30,920 nucleotides of DNA from an uncultured Bacteroides sp. Its GTDB lineage: Bacteria; Bacteroidota; Bacteroidia; Bacteroidales; JACABE01. How positions within the stretch are numbered: position 1 is the first letter of the stretch; each line of letters opens with the position of its first letter. Under the pieces are notes generated by a model that was not told the origin of the DNA, did no database searches, and was given only the letters and a program-made list of their open reading frames with translations. Made by a program: the position numbers and the translations under genes. Below, piece after piece: positions 8,650 to 18,539 of the stretch. The DNA is taken from positions 1 to 30,920 of the forward strand of contig CAYTJB010000007.1 of the NCBI GenBank assembly GCA_964437995.1, in the 5' to 3' direction.

Positions 8650-9543
8650 ATGAAGATTGAAGAAAAAAAAGAACTTCCTTTAGTTTCAGTAATAGTACCT
8701 TGTTATAATCACGAACGCTTCATTACGACATGCATAGAAAGCATATATAGTCAAACTTATAAAAATATTGAATTAACCGTTATTGATGATGGCTCAACTG
8801 ATAATAGTCCGCAAATTTTAAAAGAATTACAAGCAAAATATGGTTTTAATTTGATTTTTCAAGAAAACCATGGGATTGCCTATACACTGAATAAAGGGTA
8901 TAAAGAATATTCGAATGGAAAATATATTTCAGGGTGTTCGTCAGATGATTTTTGGGCAGTTGATAAACTCGAAAAGCAAGTTCAATTCCTGGAATCAAAT
9001 CAGTTTTACCCAATGTGTTATGGTAAAACTTATTATGTAGATGAAAATTCAAACATATTGCATAATTTAGACAGTGCTAACAATAATTTAAAAGGAGGAT
9101 GGATCTTTGATGATATTTTCCTTTTCAAACTACAACCTCCTGTAAATTATATGTTTAGAACCTCCATTTTTAGCGAAGTAGGATATTATGATGAGGATAT
9201 TTTTGCCGAAGATTATTATATGAATTTAAAAATTTCAAGCAAATATACAATAGGTTTTTTAAATGAATATCTTGGTTATTACAGATTAACAGCCATTCCA
9301 ACTAAAGTTGACAAAACAGAAATCGTATCAAATTCGCATCTAATGGCTATTGAATTATATAAAAATCATTATTTATATAAGAAAGTCAAAACAATGGTTA
9401 ATTTACGAAATTTTTGTGCATTTTCCGGACATACTAAGCACAAAATAAAAGCAATTAATTTCTTTTTCAAATCAATTTCTTTATTTTACCACAAATTATT
9501 TATAATCGGTTGTATAATGCTGATTGTTAGGTGGAAAAGATAA
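8650..9543 (+). CDS. Glycosyltransferase family 2
   Basis: PLVSVIVPCYN, VIDDGSTD, SSDD, AEDY motifs. Confidence 0.9.
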   Translation: MKIEEKKELPLVSVIVPCYNHERFITTCIESIYSQTYKNIELTVIDDGSTDNSPQILKELQAKYGFNLIFQENHGIAYTLNKGYKEYSNGKYISGCSSDDFWAVDKLEKQVQFLESNQFYPMCYGKTYYVDENSNILHNLDSANNNLKGGWIFDDIFLFKLQPPVNYMFRTSIFSEVGYYDEDIFAEDYYMNLKISSKYTIGFLNEYLGYYRLTAIPTKVDKTEIVSNSHLMAIELYKNHYLYKKVKTMVNLRNFCAFSGHTKHKIKAINFFFKSISLFYHKLFIIGCIMLIVRWKR

Positions 9544-9586
9544 TTTTAAATGTATTATTTTTCTACCAAATTTCAAACAATGGTTA

Positions 9587-10876
9587 ATGAAAATAATTAG
9601 CTTCAAATATATACTTTTATTGGTTTTTTTGTACATATACCTGTATAATCCACCTTTCCAATTTTTAGGTTTTGGAGCAATAAAAATATTGTTATTCATT
9701 TCAATATTTTATCTAATTATTTCTGAAAAAGGTAAAGTTTTTTTTACACTTTTTAGAAAAGAAATGATTCTAACCCTAATTTTAATCTTTTATTCATTGT
9801 TTACTGTTTACCATGAAGGCGGAAGTGCATCAAAAATGCCATACCTTCATATAATGTGGTTTATAGAATCTTTTCTTGTTCCTTTTTGCATAATGTTTAT
9901 GTTTAAAGATATTTTACAAAAACAATCATGGGAATCAATAATTGTGAATACAGGATTAATAGCAGCTTTAATAACATTCTTTTTAATTCTCAATCCTGGT
10001 ATCAATTCTATTGTACGTAATTCGATAATACAAGATTCTCTAACAGATAACTCAAACTCAAACTTCCTGTATAGAGGCTTTTCAATAGCCGACAGTCCTG
10101 TGTATGGTTATGGAATTGTTCAAGGGTTAATATTATCTATTTGCTTAATATCAATTCAAAAAAATTATTTGTATGCAATTCCTGTTTTCTTTTTATTTGT
10201 TTCTATTTTATTTAATGCAAGAATTGGTTTCTCTGCTATTATTGTTGCTGGTTTAATAATAATAATAAGTCGAAAAATAAAATTTAAAAATATCTTAATT
10301 TATGGTGTAATTTCATATCTTGGATATTTATTTTTGTTTCAATCAGATTTTGCAAAAAATAATTTAGATTCATTGCAATGGGGATTTCGCTTTTTTGATG
10401 ATACTTCAAACTTTATTAATGGACAAGATTCCGATTCTAATTATTCAATATTGTTTAAAGATATGTTATTTTTCCCTTCAAATAGTTTAGGCTTAATATT
10501 TGGGGAGGGGCGAAGTGTAGCTGGTATTATAGGGAAATCTTCTGATATTGGATATGTAAATCAAATATTTATTGGAGGTGTTTGCTACCTTCTATTAATG
10601 CTATCTTTCTTGGTTTTTATGTTTAAAACTAATCTTAAAAGTACTACAAATAGATATTATCCATTTTTGTTTTTTCTAACTCTAATAATTGTAAATATAA
10701 AAGGGTTTGCATTTTTTGTTCCAAGTTCTTTTTTTCGTCTTTATACTTTTTATTATATCTATTGCATTTTATTAAGCCGAACTAATAATTTTATTCCATT
10801 ACCCATAGAGAGCACTCAGGCAAGGAATAAAAAAAGATTTTTAAAATTAAGCATCCCACAAAAACGCAAAACATAG
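9587..10876 (+). CDS. wzy: Polysaccharide polymerase (Wzy-like); start set at Met22 of the called ORF
   Basis: Highly hydrophobic multi-TM protein between GT genes. NARIG motif, large loop, late GLIFGEG...SDIGYVNQIFIGG segment. Confidence 0.75.
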   Translation: MKIISFKYILLLVFLYIYLYNPPFQFLGFGAIKILLFISIFYLIISEKGKVFFTLFRKEMILTLILIFYSLFTVYHEGGSASKMPYLHIMWFIESFLVPFCIMFMFKDILQKQSWESIIVNTGLIAALITFFLILNPGINSIVRNSIIQDSLTDNSNSNFLYRGFSIADSPVYGYGIVQGLILSICLISIQKNYLYAIPVFFLFVSILFNARIGFSAIIVAGLIIIISRKIKFKNILIYGVISYLGYLFLFQSDFAKNNLDSLQWGFRFFDDTSNFINGQDSDSNYSILFKDMLFFPSNSLGLIFGEGRSVAGIIGKSSDIGYVNQIFIGGVCYLLLMLSFLVFMFKTNLKSTTNRYYPFLFFLTLIIVNIKGFAFFVPSSFFRLYTFYYIYCILLSRTNNFIPLPIESTQARNKKRFLKLSIPQKRKT

Positions 10877-10879
10877 TCA

Positions 10880-11962
10880 ATGAAAAATATTGATTTATTT
10901 TTGGGACATTTTATTGATTGCGACACCAAAGAAATGCCAATTGGTATTTCCTTTGCCAGTAATTACTATCAACAAAAAATCAAATCAATTTTAAATATAA
11001 ATCACTCAATAAGTATATTTTATGGGGAAAATAATAAAAAATATGAAACTAAAAATGAAGTTGAATATCTTATTCTAAAACAGCATAAGCATATTGCAAA
11101 CATCTTTCATATTGTTAAACATATACTTGCATTACCCACTAAAGAAAAAAAAAGTAAAACAATCCTTTTCTATAATCTTAACATTTATACTATTTTATAT
11201 TTCCTGTATTTTAAATTTATAAAAAAAGCAAAAGTGGTTGTATTATTAGCTGATGCAGGATTTCTTGTGGAAAAAAATATAATTAGTCAACTGGTAAGTA
11301 AAGTGCTTTCCTATTCAAATGGCATACTTACTTTAAGAGAAATTTCTGAGCTAAGAAAGTTTAAGTCTAACATTGAAGTGATGGCTGGTATCATTTCAAA
11401 TAATTTGATTTCTAATGAATCAGAGAAAAACCCTAATACCGTTTTATTAAGTGGATCTCTTGGAACAACTGCAGGTCTTTTTTTAGCACTTGAGTATTTT
11501 TCAAATCAATCACAATTTAAATTATATATAACAGGTGTACCCTATTTAATGTCTAATTTAGAATTTGAAAAAATTCTATTAAAATATAAAAGTGATTATA
11601 TCAGCTATTTGGGTATATTAGATTATAATGATTACATACGTGTTTTATGCTCATGTGAATTTAGTCTTAGCCTTCGCAATCCAAACGATATTGAACATAA
11701 TTACAATTTCCCTTCAAAAATATTAGAATATATGTCTTATAGGAATATTGTTATTTCTTCATTAAAATACCCTGAATTATCAGATGAAATTTATTATCAA
11801 ACAGAATATTCAATTAAGAGTTTAAATGATTGTTTTCAGAATATATTAGATACTCCAATTTTTGAAAGAAAATTGCTTTCAGAAAAAGCACAAATCTTTG
11901 TAAAAAATAATTTTTCAGAAGAAGTATTGAAAAATAAAATTGAGAACTTATTTCAATCCTAA
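10880..11962 (+). CDS. Glycosyltransferase, GT-B fold (GT4-like)
   Basis: C-terminal NFPSKILEYMSY motif, SGSLG and YLGIL segments. Confidence 0.75.
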   Translation: MKNIDLFLGHFIDCDTKEMPIGISFASNYYQQKIKSILNINHSISIFYGENNKKYETKNEVEYLILKQHKHIANIFHIVKHILALPTKEKKSKTILFYNLNIYTILYFLYFKFIKKAKVVVLLADAGFLVEKNIISQLVSKVLSYSNGILTLREISELRKFKSNIEVMAGIISNNLISNESEKNPNTVLLSGSLGTTAGLFLALEYFSNQSQFKLYITGVPYLMSNLEFEKILLKYKSDYISYLGILDYNDYIRVLCSCEFSLSLRNPNDIEHNYNFPSKILEYMSYRNIVISSLKYPELSDEIYYQTEYSIKSLNDCFQNILDTPIFERKLLSEKAQIFVKNNFSEEVLKNKIENLFQS

Positions 11963-11985
11963 AAAATAATATCAATTTCAAATTT

Positions 11986-12549
11986 ATGACAAAAAGCAGA
12001 ATAAAAATTAAATTGATTGCAGTAATGTTTCTAATTACACGAATTATAACATTTTTTATTCCTGAAACAAGCTTTTTTGGAGCTAAAAGAGTTTTGTATC
12101 GGATGTGTGGTGTAAAAATAGGTAAAAATACCAGAATATGTTCTTCGGCTTTAATAGTACCATTTGGAAAAGTAACTATTGGTTACAATGTTTGGATTGG
12201 CCCTGAAGTTAGAATATACTGTAATGAAGATAGTATTGTTGAAATTCAAAACAATGTTGGAATAGGACCAAGGGCGATTCTTCAACTTGGATTTCATGAA
12301 TTTAATCCAACAGGAAACAGAATTATAGCTAATGAAGGAACATCAAGTACTATTGTACTAGAAGATGGATCTTCAATTGGAGCAATGGCGATAATTTTAC
12401 CAGGAAAAAGAATTTGTAAAATGGCTTTTGTAGGAGCTGGTTCTTTAGTGTCAAAAGATATTCCCGCTTATTCTATTGCAGTAGGTAATCCGTGCAAACC
12501 AATAAAAAAATGGAATTCCGAAACTCAAAAGTTTGATAATATTCTGTAA
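11986..12549 (+). CDS. Hexapeptide-repeat O-acyltransferase (WcaF/maltose O-acetyltransferase-like)
   Basis: KIGKNTRI, TIGYNVWIG, VGAGSLVSKDIP, AVGNPCK. Confidence 0.85.
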   Translation: MTKSRIKIKLIAVMFLITRIITFFIPETSFFGAKRVLYRMCGVKIGKNTRICSSALIVPFGKVTIGYNVWIGPEVRIYCNEDSIVEIQNNVGIGPRAILQLGFHEFNPTGNRIIANEGTSSTIVLEDGSSIGAMAIILPGKRICKMAFVGAGSLVSKDIPAYSIAVGNPCKPIKKWNSETQKFDNIL

Positions 12550-12560
12550 TACTGCGATAT

Positions 12561-13574
12561 ATGTATCATTTTATTTATATTACAAATATTCCTTCTTTTT
12601 ATAAAATAAATTTATTCAATAAAATTGCAGAACAGAGAAATATTCTTGTAATTTTCACAAAACATGCAAGTAAAGAAAGAAATACTGATTTTATAGCAGG
12701 AGAACGTAATTTTAAGTATATTTCAATTGGCAATTATGTTGGAATTTTTAAAACAATAAAACTAATTTTAATATTACTTCGCAATAGTTATAATAAGCTT
12801 ATTCTTGGAGGATTAGACTCAAAGGAACTATGGGCAGCGGCTTTTATTAGCCCCAAAAGGAAAAACTGTATTGTAATTGAATCCAGTATTTTTGAAAGCA
12901 TTACAACTGGATTTAAAGGATTTATTAAACGTATTTTCTTAAAGCGTGTAACTACTGCTTATGTGTCAGGAAAAGCACAAAAAGAACTTGCGTTAGCGTT
13001 GGAATTTAAAGGAGAATTAATAATTACCAAAGGTGTAGGTATATTTAATATAATTGAACAACCAGTTTTTTGCCCAAAAGACAAAGTTAAAAAATTTATT
13101 TATGTAGGAAGATTATCAGCGGAAAAAAATTTAAAACATTTAGTTTATACTTTTAATCAACTCCCTGATTTACAATTAAATATTGTAGGCTTTGGTTCTC
13201 TAGAAAAAAAATTGAAATCAATTGCAAAAAACAACACAATATTTCATGGAGCAATTGACAACAAAGAACTTTCAAACTATTATCAATCAAATGACGTTTT
13301 TATACTACCCTCAAAGTCAGAACCTTGGGGTTTGGTTGTTGAAGAAGCATTAAATAATGGACTTCCGGTAATTGTAAGTAATAAGGTTGGATGTTCTTCT
13401 GAAATAATTATTGAAGATAAAAATGGAATAATTTTTCAATTAGATGAAATTGATGGACTTAGAAAAGCTATTTTAAAGATGACAGATATTTCCTACTACA
13501 ATTCATTACGTAAAAATATCAGTACAATGAATTTTGAGTTTATTGCTAAAGAGCAAACAAATTGCTATTTATAA
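12561..13574 (+). CDS. Glycosyltransferase family 4
   Basis: YVGRLSAEKN, FILPSKSEPWGLVVEEALNNGLPVIVS. Confidence 0.9.
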   Translation: MYHFIYITNIPSFYKINLFNKIAEQRNILVIFTKHASKERNTDFIAGERNFKYISIGNYVGIFKTIKLILILLRNSYNKLILGGLDSKELWAAAFISPKRKNCIVIESSIFESITTGFKGFIKRIFLKRVTTAYVSGKAQKELALALEFKGELIITKGVGIFNIIEQPVFCPKDKVKKFIYVGRLSAEKNLKHLVYTFNQLPDLQLNIVGFGSLEKKLKSIAKNNTIFHGAIDNKELSNYYQSNDVFILPSKSEPWGLVVEEALNNGLPVIVSNKVGCSSEIIIEDKNGIIFQLDEIDGLRKAILKMTDISYYNSLRKNISTMNFEFIAKEQTNCYL

Positions 13575-13702
13575 AAGCTTTAATATTAATTAATTTTTAG
13601 GATGTTTTATCTTTAACCTAAAAAGCTACGAAATATCAAAAATTAAACAATGATTACAATTGCCAATTCCAATTTTTATACTCATTTTAAAAAGTATATT
13701 TC

Positions 13703-14584
13703 ATGAATTTGTTTTCAATTATTAAAGCTATAATCAATCATCCATTAAACAAAGACAAAAAAATTAATGCTATTTTAAGGTATATTAAATGGCAGATTAA
13801 TACTCGTTTAAATCCCTATCCTATTATTTATAATTATACCGAAAAAAGCAAGCTTATTGTTAGCAAAGGAATGACAGGAGCAACTGGGAATCTAATTTGT
13901 GGGCTTCATGAATACAACGATATGTTATTTCTGCTGCATTTTTTAAGAGAAGAAGATTTATTTATTGATGTTGGTGCCAATATTGGAAGCTATACTGTTT
14001 TAGCATCAGCACATGTAGAAGCAAACACTATTTCCATTGAACCAATTCCTTCAACTTTTACTAATTTAATCAATAATATTCAAATTAATCATATTCAAAA
14101 TAAAGTTGAAGCAATTAATATTGCATTAGGTGCTCAAAGTGGAAGTATTAATTTCACTAAAACATTGGACACTATGAACCATGTTGCAACTGATTCAGAT
14201 AATGAAACGATAATGGTTGATATTTATACTTTAGATGAAATTTTATCAAAAAAAAGAGCTCCTTCATTGCTAAAAATTGATGTAGAAGGTTTTGAGGCAG
14301 AGGTTATAAAAGGAGCTATAAATACACTTTTAAAACAAGAGCTGAAAGCGATTATAATTGAGCTAAATGGTTGTGGGGCAAGATATGGCTATAACGAAGC
14401 AGAAATTCATACTAAACTAATTCAAAGTGGCTTTGTACCATGTTTTTATGAACCAATTCAAAGGAATCTTACTATAATTGAATCTTTTGGAAAACACAAT
14501 ACTATTTATGTAAGAGATTTTGATTTTGTAAACAATAGATTACAAAATGCTAATAAAGTTAAAATTCATAATAAAACTATATGA
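13703..14584 (+). CDS. FkbM-family SAM-dependent methyltransferase
   Basis: FIDVGANIG, IEP, LLKIDVEGFE, IIIE motifs. Confidence 0.9.
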   Translation: MNLFSIIKAIINHPLNKDKKINAILRYIKWQINTRLNPYPIIYNYTEKSKLIVSKGMTGATGNLICGLHEYNDMLFLLHFLREEDLFIDVGANIGSYTVLASAHVEANTISIEPIPSTFTNLINNIQINHIQNKVEAINIALGAQSGSINFTKTLDTMNHVATDSDNETIMVDIYTLDEILSKKRAPSLLKIDVEGFEAEVIKGAINTLLKQELKAIIIELNGCGARYGYNEAEIHTKLIQSGFVPCFYEPIQRNLTIIESFGKHNTIYVRDFDFVNNRLQNANKVKIHNKTI

Positions 14585-14606
14585 TTTTTAGTTTTGACGT
14601 AGACAA

Positions 14607-15839
14607 ATGATGAAGACGCTCCTTCAAATAAATTCAGTTGTAAACTATGGTTCCACTGGAAGAATTGTAGAAGAACTTGGTCAGCTTGCTATTAATAATG
14701 GTTGGAGAAGTTACGTTGCTTATGGTCGTAATAGTAATAAGAGCAAATCAAAATTAATTAAAATTGGAACAGCTTGTGATGTAAAAACACATGGACTTCA
14801 AACCCGACTATTCGATAGACATGGCTTGGGTTCTTGTAATGCAACTAAAAAATTAATTGAACAAATAAAAGAAATAAAACCTGATATAATCCATCTCCAC
14901 AATCTTCATGGATATTACCTAAATATTAACGTTTTATTCAAATATCTAAATGTCAGTAATATTCCAATTGTTTGGACATTTCATGATTGTTGGGCTATGA
15001 CAGGTCATTGCTCATACTTCGATTTTGCTGGATGTGATAAATGGAAAACCGAATGTTATAATTGTCCACAAAAAAAAGAATATCCTTCAAGTTTTGGACT
15101 CGATCAATCAAAAAGAAACTATAATCTTAAAAGGGAATTATTTACATCGGTAAATAACTTAACAATTGTGCCTGTCTCAAAATGGTTGGAAGGAATTGTA
15201 AGACAATCTTTTTTAGCAAAATTTCCAATCCAGGTAATAAACAATGGAATTAACATTGATATTTTTCATGCTTTGCAAGATTTTTCTATCCGTGATAAAT
15301 ATAAATTAAAGGATAAATTTATCATTTTAGGAGTTGCCAATGTTTGGGAACATCGCAAAGGGCTTAAAGATTTTATTGAATTGAGTATAAACTTAGACTT
15401 AAATTATCAAATTATTTTAGTTGGATTAACTGAATCTCAGAAAAAAAAACTGCCTTCAAATATTATATGTATTTCAAAAACACAAAATACTCAAGAACTG
15501 CAAAGTCTTTATTCAACAGCAGATGTTTTTGTTAATCCTTCTGAAGAAGAAACATTTGGTTTAACAACAGTAGAGGCTTTTGCTTGTGGTACACCTGCAA
15601 TTGTATACAATGCCACAGGAAGTCCGGAGTTAATAACATCTGAGACAGGCATTATTGTTGAAAAAGGAGATATAACAGGCTTAATTAATGCGATTAACAT
15701 TATAAAAGAAAAAGGCAAAAGTAGTTTCAGCATTGCCTGTAGAGAACATGCAAAAAAGTTTTATAATAAAAATGATCGTTATTTAGATTATATAAATTTA
15801 TATGAATCGATGTTAAAACAAAAAACAGACATCATATAA
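14607..15839 (+). CDS. Glycosyltransferase family 4 (WcaC-like)
   Basis: GSTGRI, PDIIHLHNLHG, WTFHDCWAMTGHC, EETFGLTTVEAFACGTP. Confidence 0.88.
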   Translation: MMKTLLQINSVVNYGSTGRIVEELGQLAINNGWRSYVAYGRNSNKSKSKLIKIGTACDVKTHGLQTRLFDRHGLGSCNATKKLIEQIKEIKPDIIHLHNLHGYYLNINVLFKYLNVSNIPIVWTFHDCWAMTGHCSYFDFAGCDKWKTECYNCPQKKEYPSSFGLDQSKRNYNLKRELFTSVNNLTIVPVSKWLEGIVRQSFLAKFPIQVINNGINIDIFHALQDFSIRDKYKLKDKFIILGVANVWEHRKGLKDFIELSINLDLNYQIILVGLTESQKKKLPSNIICISKTQNTQELQSLYSTADVFVNPSEEETFGLTTVEAFACGTPAIVYNATGSPELITSETGIIVEKGDITGLINAINIIKEKGKSSFSIACREHAKKFYNKNDRYLDYINLYESMLKQKTDII

Positions 15840-15874
15840 AATTCTTATTATCAGCATATTTTAATTTATATACT

Positions 15875-16894
15875 ATGTTTAAAAACAAGATTTTACTTAT
15901 CACTGGAGGTACAGGTTCTTTTGGTAACGCTGTACTCAACCGTTTTCTAAATACTGAAATTAAAGAAATTCGCATTTTTTCGCGTGACGAAAAAAAGCAA
16001 GACGACATGCGGCATAAATTGCAAAATTCAAAGTTAAAATTTTATATTGGCGATGTTCGCGATAAACAGAGTGTAGATGCCGTTATGAAAGATGTTGATT
16101 TTGTTTTTCATGCAGCAGCCTTGAAACAAGTTCCTTCCTGTGAATTTTTTCCAATGCAGGCGGTAAAAACCAATGTAATAGGAACAGAAAATGTATTAGA
16201 ATCTGCTATTTCGCATGGAGTAAAGAATGTTGTAGTTTTAAGTACAGATAAAGCATGTTACCCAATCAATGCAATGGGAATTAGCAAAGCAATGATGGAG
16301 AAAGTTGCCATTGCTAAAGGCAGAGCATTAGGGAAAAATGCAAACACAACAATCTGCTGCACACGCTATGGAAACGTAATGGCATCAAGAGGTTCTGTAA
16401 TTCCTTTGTTTATTGAGCAAATAAAAGCAGGAAAAAACCTCACAGTTACTGATCCGAATATGACCCGCTTTATGATGACATTGGAAGATGCAGTTGATTT
16501 GGTTATTTATGCGTGGGAACATGGGAAAAATGGCGACCTTTTTGTGCAAAAAGCACCAGCTGCAACCTTAGAAACTTTGACTAAAGCTATTATTTCTCTT
16601 TACAAATCTAACGTTACTGTAGGTGTAATAGGCACTCGTCATGGAGAAAAACTTTACGAAACATTGGTTACACGCGAAGAAATGTCTAATAGTAGGGATA
16701 TGGGTAAATATTTTTGTATTCCTTGCGATGCAAGAGATTTGAATTATGATAAATTTTTTATAGAAGGCGAAGAAGAAATTGCCAACATTGAAGATTATCA
16801 TTCTCATAATACTGAAAGATTAGATATTGAAGGCATGAAAAACTTGTTGTTGAAATTAGATGTGATAAGGGAAGATATTAATAATGATTGGTAA
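15875..16894 (+). CDS. fnlA: UDP-GlcNAc 4,6-dehydratase/5-epimerase (FnlA/WbjB/CapE)
   Basis: LITGGTGSFG, FSRDEKKQ, HAAALKQVPSCEF, STDKACYP, RYGNVMASRGSV, DLNYDKF, YHSHNT. Confidence 0.93.
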   Translation: MFKNKILLITGGTGSFGNAVLNRFLNTEIKEIRIFSRDEKKQDDMRHKLQNSKLKFYIGDVRDKQSVDAVMKDVDFVFHAAALKQVPSCEFFPMQAVKTNVIGTENVLESAISHGVKNVVVLSTDKACYPINAMGISKAMMEKVAIAKGRALGKNANTTICCTRYGNVMASRGSVIPLFIEQIKAGKNLTVTDPNMTRFMMTLEDAVDLVIYAWEHGKNGDLFVQKAPAATLETLTKAIISLYKSNVTVGVIGTRHGEKLYETLVTREEMSNSRDMGKYFCIPCDARDLNYDKFFIEGEEEIANIEDYHSHNTERLDIEGMKNLLLKLDVIREDINNDW

Positions 16895-16912
16895 TTTGTG
16901 ATTAGTAATTGG
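16885..16912 (+). repeat. Heptamer array (TRATTNG x4), left flank of four-helix-bundle gene 1
   Basis: TGATTGG TAATTTG TGATTAG TAATTGG; contains the last codon and stop of fnlA. Confidence 0.8.
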
Positions 16913-16933
16913 CAAAAAATCAAATCATAAAAA

Positions 16934-17294
16934 ATGAAAACGTATAAAGATTTAGATGTTTGGAAATTAAGTATAAATTTTGTTAGTGAAATTTATAAAA
17001 TTACAGTTGCGTTTCCTAAAGAAGAAATGTTTGGCATTGTTTCGCAAATGAGAAGGTCAGCAGTATCTATACCTTTTAATATTGCTGAAGGAGCAGCCAG
17101 AAACCATCCAAAAAGAATTTAAACAATTTTTGTATATTGCATTAGGAAGTGTATCTGAATTAAATACACAGCTTGTAATTTCTGAACAATTGGGCTATAT
17201 AAAACTTTCAGAAGTAGAAAAACTTATAAGCTCACTTGAAATAATTTCAAAAATGCTACAAGGACTTATTAGGTCAATAAAAAGTAATTTCTAA
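16934..17294 (+). pseudogene. Four helix bundle protein (23S rRNA IVS-protein family), frameshifted
   Basis: YKDLDVWK, FPKEEMFG, SQMRRSAVSIPxNIAEG in one frame; EFKQFLYIALGS-SEL-TQL in the +1 frame. The break is one extra A in the A5 run at 17110-17114; removing it gives a 119-aa ORF. Confidence 0.88.
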
Positions 17295-17319
17295 TTAACT
17301 AATTACCAATTACCATTCA
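17291..17319 (+). repeat. Heptamer array (CYAATYA x4), right flank of four-helix-bundle gene 1, inverted relative to 16885-16912
   Basis: CTAATTA A CTAATTA CCAATTA CCATTCA; contains the stop of the bundle gene and ends 3 bp before the fnlB ATG. Confidence 0.8.
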
Positions 17320-17322
17320 CTT

Positions 17323-18456
17323 ATGCTAAAGATAGGAATAACAGGACAAGCAGGGTTTGTCGGAACTCATTTGTTCAATACATTAAATCTTAAAAAAGAC
17401 GAATTTCTTACTATTCCTTTTGAAGATGAATTTTTTCAAAGTGAGGAAAAGTTAAAGTTTTTTGTTAAGCAATGTGATGTAATTGTGCATTTAGCAGCTA
17501 TGAATAGGCACAACGATGCCGAAGTAATTTATAATACAAATATTGAATTAGTTAAACAACTGATTGTAGCCTGTGAAGCCACAAATTCTAAACCACATAT
17601 CTTGTTTTCTTCATCAACACAAGAAGAAAGAGATAATTTATATGGAAAATCTAAAAAAGAAGGCAGACTTTTATTTGAACAGTGGGCAGCAAGAAACAAT
17701 GCTGTTTTTACAGGTTTAATAATACCTAACGTATTTGGACCTTTTGGACATCCTTATTATAATTCTGTAATTGCTACTTTTTGCCATCAACTCACACATA
17801 ACGAAACGCCCAAAATTGACATAGATGGCGAGTTAAAGCTCATTTACATTGACGAACTGATAAAAGAAATTCTCATACCAATTACCAATCACCAATCACT
17901 AATCACTAATTACCAATTACCAATTACTATTCCACACACCTCAACTATCAAAGTTTCCGATTTGCTTCAAAAGTTGAATACTATAAAAACAAACTATTTT
18001 GAAAAAGGAGAAATCCCATCTCTACAAAGCGATTTCGATAGAAATTTATTTATTACTTTTCTTTGCTATGTTGACCATAAAAGCTTTTTCCCGTTTATGC
18101 TGAAGAAAAACACTGATAACAGAGGCTCTTTTGTAGAAACAGTAAAGTTGAACAGTGGAGGGCAAATTTCATTTTCTACAACGGTTACGGGTATTACACG
18201 TGGTAATCATTTTCATACCCGCAAAGCCGAACGGTTTGCAGTAATTAAAGGAAAAGCATTGATTGAATTAAGAAAAATAGGATGCAATGAAGTTTTATCT
18301 TTTGAATTAGATGGAGAAAATCCTTCTTTTGTAGATATGCCTATTTGGTACACACATAATATCAAAAACATAGGAACTGAAGAATTGTATACTATTTTCT
18401 GGATCAATGAGCATTTTGATGCCAACGACCCGGATACTTTTTTTGAAGCTGTTTAA
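17323..18456 (+). CDS. fnlB: UDP-2-acetamido-2,6-dideoxy-hexulose reductase with C-terminal cupin (FnlB/WbjC/CapF)
   Basis: GITGQAGFVG, HLAAMNR, YGKSK, PNVFGPF-PYYNSVIATFC, DNRGSFVE, RGNHFHTRK, DMPIWYTHNI. Confidence 0.92.
   Translation: MLKIGITGQAGFVGTHLFNTLNLKKDEFLTIPFEDEFFQSEEKLKFFVKQCDVIVHLAAMNRHNDAEVIYNTNIELVKQLIVACEATNSKPHILFSSSTQEERDNLYGKSKKEGRLLFEQWAARNNAVFTGLIIPNVFGPFGHPYYNSVIATFCHQLTHNETPKIDIDGELKLIYIDELIKEILIPITNHQSLITNYQLPITIPHTSTIKVSDLLQKLNTIKTNYFEKGEIPSLQSDFDRNLFITFLCYVDHKSFFPFMLKKNTDNRGSFVETVKLNSGGQISFSTTVTGITRGNHFHTRKAERFAVIKGKALIELRKIGCNEVLSFELDGENPSFVDMPIWYTHNIKNIGTEELYTIFWINEHFDANDPDTFFEAV
17878..17926 (+). repeat. Heptamer tandem array CYAATYA x7 inside fnlB
   Basis: CCAATTA CCAATCA CCAATCA CTAATCA CTAATTA CCAATTA CCAATTA; encodes PITNHQSLITNYQLPI. 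Confidence 0.92.
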
Positions 18457-18460
18457 TAAA

Positions 18461-18488
18461 AGCTTTTAGCAATTAGCTTTTAGCTTGA
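18461..18488 (+). repeat. Heptamer array (AGCWDTT-type x4), left flank of four-helix-bundle gene 2
   Basis: AGCTTTT AGCAATT AGCTTTT AGCTTGA, starting 5 bp after the fnlB stop. Confidence 0.75.
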
Positions 18489-18539
18489 AATCAGTGGATT
18501 ATATTATGAATTTACTAAAACCGAAAAGCTAAAACTGAA

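Noticed and set aside
13594-13624. Inverted repeat TTTTTAGG / CCTAAAAA in the 128-bp gap before the FkbM gene
   Set aside because: Mostly A-T pairs, 15-nt loop and no following U-tract; too weak to call a terminator.
8650-15839. Visibly higher AT content of the wzy/GT block relative to nifJ and gmd-fcl
   Set aside because: Ordinary for serotype-specific polysaccharide genes, and not quantified here.
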